A stretch of DNA of 64,000 nucleotides. It comes from Tricharina praecox (lineage: Eukaryota). The notes under the pieces were generated by a model that did no database searches, had not been told where the DNA came from, and saw only the letters and a list, made by a program, of their open reading frames with translations. Positions 12,601 through 22,459 of the stretch are shown in pieces. Position 1 is the stretch's first letter, and each line of letters opens with the position of its first letter. The DNA lies in contig NW_026250410.1 in NCBI RefSeq assembly GCF_024521635.1, forward strand, positions 806,001-870,000, read 5' to 3'. A program made the position numbers and the translations under genes.

Positions 12601-14710
12601 GTTCGCAACTGCGGGCTCGCGATAGGGGGCATGCATCGAACTGGACACGTCAAAAGCTCGCGGAATCTATGTATCGTGCCTATGTACCAGAGCAGAGCAA
12701 AAGGAAGTTCCCATTCCCGCCGACTTTTCCCCAGTCGGTGAGCGATCGGGTGTCCGTGGGACGTGGAGCGTGGGGCGTGGGGCGTGGGGCCGGCCACCGC
12801 CCTGCCAATGTAAGTATCGTCATCTGTCTCTCCTCAATTATGCTCCGGCCCGGCCCAGATAGGTTGGTGATCATAAGTGCTGCTCGCTATGATGGTCCCT
12901 TGGTGCTATGCTAGGTAGCTAGTAAGCAAGCAGTTATCTCTCATCTGGCGAGTTGGAGAACCGAGTCCGAGCACTGGCACTGACACTGGGACTCCCTAGT
13001 TCGATTGGTATTCGGTGCTTTTTTCTTTTTTGGAGGGGGAGGGAGGGGGCGTGTCTTCTGATCATATTTATTCCGACCAGCAAGCTCCCTCCCAGCTGCT
13101 AGATATCGTATACCTGAGGGTGATGACCACGAGTGGCCTGATCATTGATGGGAATGGCCCATGGGGAGCTTCACTCGCTCTGCGCAGGTAGGTAAGTTAG
13201 TCAAGTAGTATCATAGTAAATATCATAAGAAGCCAGCCAGCCAGCGAGCCAGCGAGCCAGCGCCGGTAGTCGGAGCGATTGAGGGCGAGAAATCCCCCCC
13301 TTTTTTATTAATTTTTATTGTTATTGTGGTTGTTATTGTTATTATTCGAGGGTTGTTGATGGCTGGTGTCTGGTGTCTCCATCCACATCGGTCCCGTTAG
13401 GAAGAGGTGGCTGGGCTGGGCTGCGAGGCCATAATAAGATGAGGAAAGGAGAGCCGGCGCGGCGCGGTGGACTGGGCTGGTGGACTGGTGGTCTGGCGGT
13501 CTACGGGCCTGCGGACTGGCTGCGAGCTGGGAGCTGCGGTCTGTGTGGACATATGCACTCGCCGTTCAAGTCCCTCGACCGTCTCTTTGCTTCTCTGCGC
13601 ATATGTAGAATGAAGGAAGGGAAGGGAAGGGGGAGGGAGGAGGGGAGGGGGAGGAGGGGGAAGGAGGACTGTCGTTTGGTGTTTTTATTTTGTTGCTATG
13701 GTGATGATGATGTTGATGATGTTCGGCGGCTGTCACTGTCTCTCGAATCCACTTTACTTTAGACCGCCATGCGGAAGCAGCAAAGGAAGACGGTTAGAAC
13801 CTTCTCCGAGTTCTCTCCGAACGGTTTGACGTTGTGTCTCTGGCGCGTGGTGTTGCACTTGTCTTGTCTTGTACTCTACTCTAGAGTCAAGTTGCCCACG
13901 GCCGCCCGGCCCCCATGCAAAGTTCATTCATACTGGGTCCTAACCAGAGTTGTCCTTCCCACTTTCCTCCCATCGTAGAAAGGGTAACAAAAAAAACTAA
14001 AAAAAAATTAAAAATTAAAAAAAAAGCCGAATTCGAAAGATGAAGAGAACTTGAGAAAATTATGTACGAGATCCAAGCAAGCGCAAGCTCGGACCAGGCA
14101 ACTGGCACTACGACCATTCTCTTCATTTTCCACTTCATTGCCGGACAACAAGACAGGTCAGAGGAAACCACAACTTCTCGTACTCCTCTCTTCTCCCTCT
14201 TCTCTCCATCTTTACTCCCCTCCCTAACCCCCCCTCCCCTCCTCCTCTCGCCCGCAAACCCCTCCGTCAACTCAAATCCACCACTTACTCTACCTCCACC
14301 ACCTCAACCTCAACTACCACCACCACACCCCCCATTCTTCCCCGTGGTCCCGACCCGCTCCACACAACCCCTTCTCATCCCGTCTCCATCCCTCCACTAC
14401 TCCCCGGCAATCTCAAACACATCGCCCGCCATCATTATCTGTTAACGGCCTCCTAACGACTTCCAGCCCTTTGTCCTTCTCATCGACTCCCTCGTCCAGT
14501 GCCGTCTCGTTCGAAAGGCACCGAGCATTTCTTGATCTCACTAGGGTCTACAGTCGCCAGCGAATCAACAACCCCCCCGCAAGACGTCCGTCCGAGCCAA
14601 CAGGTCACACTACCTACTACTACCTACGCCAGCCCTCACTCTACACCTCCTTCCACGGTGTTCACTTCGTTTTGCGGGAGAGAAGAGAAGAGATCGGTTG
14701 ATTCAACAAG

Positions 14711-16795
14711 ATGGATCGATATGTGGTTATTCACGTGGCAACCACTTGCGATGAGCACGGCGTCTACGTAACCAAAGATTCCGCGGAGGTCATTGAGATT
14801 GGATGGATCTTGCTGAACGCAAAGACACTGGAAGAGGTCGGTGCCTTCGATGTTGGATGCATGATGGATTGAAACTAAATCGCCAATCCCCCCTTGGCGA
14901 TCAGCCCCCATCCCCCGTATGCCTGAGATGCTAATGATTCTGTCGGACTGCAGCTTCACCGGGAAAGCATCCTCGTACGGCCCGTCAACACACCCATCAC
15001 TCCGCTATGCAGTATGTCTCCTCCGGTCGTTGAGATGATCCCCTAACCATGGCGGCCACGGCTACTTGGCGGAGCTATATTGCCCGGTTGGAAATGAATG
15101 GTGCTGATGATCGGCAGCGAGTCTCACGACCCTCACATGGGAACACGTTAGAACTGCGGGCTCTTTCAGGGACGCCGTGAACCGATTCGATGCATTCGCC
15201 CAGGAGATGCTTCTCTCTCAGAACCTCGACTTCACCTTTGTTACACTCGACGCCTGGGACCTCCGTGTCCAATTGCCTCGGGAGGCTCGGGACAAGGCGG
15301 TCGTGCTACCCCCGTACCTGCAGCATTCCCGCACCTTCGACCTCCGGACGGAATACACGCGCTGGCAGTCCCACCACCCTGAGTCCCTTCCATTTGGCCC
15401 CTCTTCGCTTGCCAACATCTGCGCTGCCCTCGAAGTCGAGCCCATTCAATCTTCGGCCCCGATCAAGCACAATCTCCCGTTCCACTTGCAGGCGTTGGCC
15501 CCCGCGTCACCGCGTAGAGCGTTGGACGAGGCCATCACCCTGGCACGGGTGCTCAGGGGTCTGATCAAGAAGTCGCAGCCCCCAGAGCAGCACCCGGATG
15601 TGTTGGCACGCCCGATGGACGCCCGTGCAGACGTCAGAGCATTCCTAAGCGAGAGAAGTAAGGTTCTTCACATGAATGGATTGCCCCATGACACCACACA
15701 GTCAGAGCTGGAAAGTTGGTTTACGCAGTACGGCGGAAGGCCCATCGCCTTTTGGACGCTCCGGACACCAGATCAACACAAGCCCACCGGAACCGGATTC
15801 GCCGTGTTTTCCTCACACGAGGAGGTAATTTTTTCACTCACCGGCGTGACGGATTGAATTGTCGGTTGGGACTGACACTATGCTTGTAGGCTGCCGAGAG
15901 TTTGTGTATGAACGGCCGCGCTCTGAACGAGAAGGCCATCGAAGTCTCACCGAGCAGCAGTCGCGTACTGGACCGTGCCTCCGAGATTCTGACTCCGTTC
16001 CCACCCAGCAAGAACCGACCGAGACCTGGAGACTGGACTTGCCCTTCTTGTGGATTCTCCAACTTCCAGCGGAGGACTGCCTGTTTCCGTTGCTCTTTCC
16101 CGGCGGTGGCTTCGGCGCCTAGCGCTGACCCCATGTTCGGGTACTCGCAGTACTCCCCGGCCTCGATGGTTCCTCCCCAGCCACCGTCGATGAGCCACGG
16201 AGGCGCCCACGGCATGCCTTCCCGGTCGATGCCGAACAGCGGTGGAATGGTGCCTTTCAGGGCCGGCGACTGGAAGTGCGGTTCCGACAACTGTGGCTAC
16301 CACAACTTTGCCAAGAACGTAAGCTGTTTGAGGTGTGGCGCCAGTAGGGCTGGTGCCGCAGTTGTGGCGGACACGGCTTTCCCTTCACCGGTCGACTCGC
16401 AGTCCGCATACGGTGGAGTTGGGCTAGGCGGACCCAGTCACGGGATGGGCGGACCTGGGCCGATCGGTGGTCAGTTTGGCGGCGGTGGCTTCCCCCAGCA
16501 ACATTTTGGAGGCCAGCCCAATAATAACTTTGGGTTGCCATCTGGACTCGGTGGAGGCGGCGGCGGTTTCCCTCAATTGAACACTTCGCTCGGCCAGGGT
16601 GTCGGCCCCAATTCGAGCGGCCCCTTCGATCACCGCACCGAGCAGGCGTTTTCGTCCGGACCCAACGGCAGTGGCCTGTACGCCGGACTACCGGATAATG
16701 AGGCGTTCTCATTCTTGTCTGGCGGACTTGGAAGCCTCGGTCTCGACGACAGGAGAAAGGATCTCAACGGCGGCGGTAAGTCGCCTGCCGCTTAG
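14711..16795 (+). CDS. NRP1: NRP1/ARP-like RNA-binding protein: exonuclease-like N-domain, RRM, two RanBP2-type zinc fingers
   Basis: ATG at 14711 (MDRYVVIHVATTCDEHGVYVTKDSAEVIEIGW). Introns 14837-14953, about 15013-15117 and about 15825-15889. RRM (VLHMNGLP..GTGFAVF); fingers GDWTCPSCGFSNFQRRTACFRC and GDWKCGSDNCGYHNFAKNVSCLRC; Gly-rich tail. Confidence 0.85.
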
Positions 16796-18658
16796 GTTCC
16801 CGCAGATTACGAGACGTAACCATTCGTTTGGTGGCGCTCGTTGTAGAAGGAGAGAAGCACAGAGCAATTGGGTTTCATCCATTGGTGATTAAGACGCAAT
16901 TTGTTTGTTGGTTCATATAGTGAGTTGTGTGCGCTTAATGGATTTGGAGTTGGGGCTGCTGTTGTTGGGTGTGCGGGCTTCTTTTCGGGTGGGGGTTTGC
17001 GTCGGGGTTTCTCTTTATGCTTGATTGGTTTGGGCGGGGGAGGGGGGTTTCTGCAACAGGGAAGAACAAGAAGAAAGCTGCTGCTCATCCATACAAAAGA
17101 ATGAGATGGTAGTAGTCTTTTTTACTCTTCTCTTCTCTGCCATGATACCTGCCTGCCGTTTTCAATTTGTATTCACGCGTGTCTTCTCCTTCTTCTTTCT
17201 CTCTCTCTCTCTCTGTTGTTTTGTTTTCTCCGGTAGCTGCCACGAGTACGGGACGGGAATGGATGGGGCTGGAGTCAGGGGATATGGGGGAATGGGATGG
17301 GAATGGGTCGGGGGGTTGAAATATTTCTCGTTTCTTTTCCTTTATTTTTCTTTTCTTCTTCTTCTCTCGTCTATGCGTGTGTGTCTGTGTGTGTGTCTGT
17401 GTGTGTGTTTTTGTTTCCTTTCAGTTCAGGGCTGCCGTTTGGTTGATTTGGTTAGGTTGCATCTGGGCGGGGCGGGGGGGCATTACATGGCTGGGTGCGG
17501 GTGCGGGTTTGCGGGGCTGGATTGGGTTTGCGGGGCTGGGTTGGGTGTGCGGGCTGGGTTGGCGTGCGGGCTTGATAGGGCTTGATAGGGCTTGATAGGG
17601 CTGGTGCAGGGCTGGGTGCGGGCTGGGTAAAGAAAAGTTGGTCTTCTTCTTCTGTTTCGCCTTCGTCTTCGTGTTTGGATTCGCATTTTGATTCCGGTGC
17701 CACGTTTAGTGAGATGATATGAGATGAGATGTGTGGCTCGGTCACTAGTGAATGAGCTTTGTACGGTTCTCGGGGGCATTGGGTTTGTAGGCGGGAGGAT
17801 ATGGGGATTGTGGGAGGGGGAGGTGTTGCGTATCGTATCGTAAAGGGATGAGATGGGTTTGCAAGTAGGCGTGATGGGCCAGGCTGTATCTGAATAATAT
17901 TTGTCGAATCTTGAAACTTTGACCATACCTAGTGCGGGCGAGCGGGCGGGCGGGCGGGCGGGCGGGTGGGTGGGCGGGTGCGGGTATCTACACGGCATAA
18001 GTGCTCCTGGTGATCCATATACCCTACCGGAGCCTGTGGAGTTCGCTAGGTACCACTCGGATACCGATACCGAGTACGGCTGGAGTCTGAACAGCGAGTG
18101 AGCCACTCGGAGCTGCGTTGCAAGAGCAGAGCCACGCGGAAGAGCTGGACGTCTGGATGTCTGGTGCCCCTGCCCCTGCTCCGCTCGTGAGTGCCGCCGT
18201 CTACGCCTTTTCCGGCCCATACATAGCCCAGCGGAGTCCAGCGGAGTACATATGCCGTCGAGTAGTTCGGGACCGCGAGGTTCGGGGCGGGGAGGTTCGG
18301 GACCGTCGCTCCGCAGTCCTCAACGCCCACGACTAATAGACGCAGTAGATCTCTAAGCGGGTATTTGTGACTTTGAGCTGTGAAGAAGCCGATGTAAATG
18401 GTGGGATAGTCTGAGTGACCATAAGTAGCTGTACGGCAGCCTGTAGAGTAGAGCAGAGTAGCGACATACGAGATGGAAAATGTAGCACAGATATTCACTC
18501 ACCCTCTTTACTCTATGTACCGTAGGTGATAACCATCACTCGGTAGCTTAGTCATGTATATAGTAGTAAGAGGGGTGGTCAAAAGCTGTGCTGAAGCAAG
18601 AATAGGTCACGTGAACGGCACAAGACTTAAGCTGAAGCCTTACTCATCAGCACATACC

Positions 18659-19550
18659 TCATACACCGACCATTACATCAATCATTACATTCAAGGGTTT
18701 CTGATAGCTTTTTCCGTTCGTTTTCCGCTTCGTATATCTTCCCATGTGCTGTATAACCTGAGCGAGGTTCTCCCAAACAGCATGTGCACGTGTGTGCGGG
18801 CTCTCGTGGCCGACAGTATTCACACATGTCTGCATGGCGGCCACTGCCAAATTTTCCGCCTGATCCCACTTGTTCTGTATCAAGCTGAATCTTGAAAGTA
18901 AGATGATCGCCACAGCAGTTGACGGGTGTTCGCGTCCAAATACCTTTTCCGAAGCAAGCTTGTAGTCCCAGCACATCTCTTCCGCCTCACCGGTCTTTTC
19001 CAGTAGATCCTTAATCGAAAGCGAACTCCTCGTGAGCTCGATCCCCAGCGCGTGATCTTTTCCCAATCTCTCCCGAAGATCTTTAATCTCTCTCTGCAGA
19101 TACACTTCTGCTTTCCGCAAACCTTCAAATCCACCATAATCCTTCCGAGGGTTGCTTACGCCGAGCACATGCATCATGAAATCCAAACCCCTTTTGTACA
19201 ACACCTGGATATCGGATCCAGTCGTATGTCTGAGGGAGTCGATTTCCTTTTCCAGCTCAGCAGCTTCAGGGCCGCTTCGTTTCAACCACGAATTGGCCAT
19301 CCCTTGGTCGGCGGGGACTCCAAATCCAATGGCACAACAAACTGCGAGCTCGAAGGCACTCTGTGTAGAGCATGAGCAACCTTGCTTGCCATCGAGATTC
19401 CATTTGTTTTCTAAACATTTTACGATGTGCACTCGGATGCGGTACCTATTCGATTAGACTGAGTGGAAGGAACATGGCCGTCACCTGGAGTAAAGAACTA
19501 ATCTTAGCATCCAGAAGGGTAACAATGGTATAGGTACCTACCTATGCCAT
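18659..19550 (-). pseudogene. 3' remnant of a TPR-like (kinesin-light-chain-type repeat) gene
   Basis: Frame reads YRIRVHIVKCLE...AFELAVCCAIGFGV, then repeats LGKDHALG, VFGREHPST, TVGHESPHT and ENLAQVIQHMGRY. An in-frame TAA lies just upstream, an orphan intron spans about 19541-19484, and there is no 5' part. Confidence 0.65.
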
Positions 19551-19559
19551 CCCGCGGAG

Positions 19560-19697
19560 TTGGATGGAGGCGCCGACGTCAACACCGTGAATAAGGATGG
19601 ATGCACCGCACTTGACTGGGCTGTGCAGAATGAAAACGAACAGATGAGAGAGCTACTGCAAAGCTATGCGAGTCGCATTTCGGCTCGCGTGGAGTGA
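19560..19697 (+). pseudogene. Orphan C-terminal ankyrin-repeat fragment (too short for the ORF track)
   Basis: Manual translation: LDGGADVNTVNKDGCTALDWAVQNENEQMRELLQSYASRISARVE*. It matches the ankyrin consensus GADVN..G.T.L..A. No upstream gene body. Confidence 0.75.
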
Positions 19698-19936
19698 TGG
19701 CCAAGAGAAGATCTCGAAGACCGCATGCTGCCCATTCTGAGCGATGAGATGGGCGAGTCTTTGCCAAACCTTAACCTAGGTATCTACTAACTTCTACATA
19801 CTTCACAGTCCCTGGAGCGCAAGGACTCCCGGCGCGGAAACCAGGCGGAGGTCTATCGGGAGTTCATCCTGGGTAGACCATGGAAAGTCACCGAGAGCCG
19901 AGTGAGAAGAAATGAGGCGACCATATTTCCATCGAG

Positions 19937-20025
19937 CAGTGTTCTCCATAGTCCAGTCCGTCCTGAGCCTCGGACTGGACTGTGTCTTGGCAGTCCGCCC
20001 GGGAGTTGTTTTCGGACGGACTAGT
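19937..20025 (+). mobile_element. Solo end of the hAT-like MITE family seen at 36988
   Basis: CAGTGTTCTCCATAGTCCAGTCC (23 bp) is identical to 36988-37010 and is followed by GTCC/GGAC motifs; no matching right TIR found. Confidence 0.65.
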
Positions 20026-20189
20026 TATGTACTTTACGACCATCACCATCACACTTTGTTCATGGACTATCTCTACCCACCTATTCGGGCGGATCTCTCT
20101 GAACTGCGGCGAGGACATTAATTCAACAGAAATTATGAAATTACTTGAGCTTGAGAATAAAGACAACAACAGAGTACGCATTACGATAT

Positions 20190-22260
20190 TTACTCCTCCA
20201 GACTGACTGCATACGCATTCCAATTGCGTTCCAATTCTGATACCACCTCCGTGTCAACTTTGCTCTTGAATTCATCATTGTCCAAGGATTTAACCGCGCT
20301 ATCCAGGCCACGGATACAACGCCTCACAGCACCTCCATATATCTCTCCAGCCTCCTCTTCTACGACCGCAACGAGTTGAAAAGTTGAGACCAAGTCGTTG
20401 ACATACTTATTGTCGGAAACTGCATCTTGGGGCTTGAAAAGGTTTTGAAGTCGTTTTCCGAACCAGAGCTCAATCAAGACAACGCCGAGCGAGAATAGGC
20501 TCTGGTTGCTCGTCAAGATGGAAACTTCTGCCGTCGCTTTCGATTTTTGCCGATAATGCCGATCAGGGTGGAAACTTCGCCGAACTACAGGTTTTCTCAA
20601 AACCGCCCCTAGGATCATGATCTCTTCACCGGAAACGCCCCGCGCCCGGGTGGCCTTCTGAGGAAAAAGAATATCGCACGCCCCCCAGCTCTCATCCAGC
20701 CAGTCTGTGGTGTGCAAATGCATCAGCGAGAACGCCAATTCTACGCCGAGTCTTAATCGATCACCGCGGTCGAGATCTTCTCTTTGTAAGAGTTGATCGA
20801 GTGAGACAAACTCGGCCGTGTAGCCTTCGCAGGACGTCGGGCTCGTCCGGATAATCCAGCTCTTATCGGAAGCGAGTACTCCTAGGTCGGGCGAGTTACC
20901 TTCGGCGCTCGCGATGAGTGCACAAAGGTCGGTTATCTCTCGTGCATTCGGTGGGGCTTGGATCGTCGCTTTTGGCAAAGTCTCTATGGCGAACGAAACG
21001 GCTTTCTTTGCCTGTTCACTGAAAGGGATCAGATAAACTTCAATCCAAACCGACACTCCAAGGCTACCTACCCCTGGGTCTTGACCGTTGGTAAACTGCT
21101 TGTGCCCCGCGGTACTGCGGAGACGTCTCGGTCGAAAGAAACGGCTTTCCTTATCTTTTTACTAACAGATAATTAGCTTAATACGACAATCATTTGATGC
21201 TATGTATGGCCGGTTTCTTACTCTCGAATCGGTGTCCGTGGGCTACTTCTACCTCTGAAGATCGACCGGAGGTAAATTTTTAAGCCTTCGAAAATGATAT
21301 CTCGCCGTCTTTCCACCGGCTTCACTATAGCCGGCGCCGGAGTGGGGGTCGCAGTGCGTCTGACTGGAGTAATGGGACGTATCTCGGTGTCTTTGCAGGC
21401 TGTTTCCAGGCCGTTGCGATCGCCGAGAGGCCGAAATTCGAATTCACGCCATGCCAACAGCAATTCGGATTGCATGTCCGAACAGACGTCAAACGACAAG
21501 AGCACACTGAATCGCGGGCTCGGAGTAGTTGACTTCTGGTTTGGTATTCTTTCTAGTCGTAAATTTGCATTGTGCGGTGCTGAGCAACGGCAGGTTTGCT
21601 GAGCGCGAAAAGTTTTCAACAGCGTATCATACAGGTCGATCGCGTTCTTTCGGAAGCGGCTGTAGATCTTTGTATTCTGTCGGGGTGGTTTCGTGACCGA
21701 GTTTGTTCTGCATTGTGCCAATCGCTCGAGAAGCCGGAGCGTTCTGGAGATGTCGTTCAGCGCGTCTTCCTTTCGAAGCACAACCTTCATACGGCCCCAG
21801 GTCTGGCGGTTGGGTTCCACAGACTGCACCAGGTCAGCATCGAGCACATCTATAGTTCGGCTGGAAATGTTTGGAATCACACCTCGTCGTGAATCCCAAG
21901 CTCGTCCCTAAGTTCCTTAAGCAGCTGATGCAGCTCCTTCATCAGTTCTGTGAACCTTGCGGTAGCCTCAGAACCTAACCGCTCCCGGAGCTTGCGTTGC
22001 AAATCGGGGTCATCCCAGGCGTTTCCATTCATGGGTTCCGTCGCGTCCCTCGATGATGCGATTCCCTCGAGAAGCTTGCTGCAAACATCTTCGAAGCAAA
22101 TGCATTCGACATCCAGTTCCCTGACGAGTCGCTTGAGGACACTCCTCCAACCCGCCAAGTCCTGGATCATTTGTGCGCCATCCAGGTAAACTTTCAGGCC
22201 TTTGAGGATTAGGGGAAACACCGCAAGAGCTAGCCCCGCCGCTTCGATACCGGTAACCAT
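20190..22260 (-). CDS. HeLo-like N-terminal domain plus degenerate kinase-C-lobe-like domain protein (about 630 aa, DUF7580-like from memory)
   Basis: ATG at 22260, MVTGIEAAGLALAVFPLILKGL (HeLo/HELL-type first helix). Three canonical introns (21882-21824, 21221-21162, about 21071-21019) join the track ORFs into one open frame. C-terminus RLRLGVELAFSLMHLHTTDWL..W..DILF, LFSLGVVLIELWFG and YGGAVRRCI; stop at 20190. Confidence 0.75.
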
Positions 22261-22459
22261 CGTCGTAAGGAGAAGTGCAGAGGACACGACTGCGGCTCAA
22301 GCCCTTGCAACCAACCTACGCTTATGTGATTGGGGTGCTGCCCTCTCATTGGATGAAGGTGCATGATGGTAACTTGGGCTGGCAGCGTTCCCCCGCACGA
22401 ACCGAGCGGCTGGGTTGAGTTGGGAAGAGGTGTCCTACATGCATAGGAACAGTAAAGTC

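Noticed and set aside
14855..14935. Intronic C/D-box snoRNA in NRP1 intron 1 (ATGATGG..CTGA, hairpin ATCGCCAA/TTGGCGAT)
   Set aside because: Box C is imperfect, there is no good terminal stem, and I cannot identify an rRNA guide.
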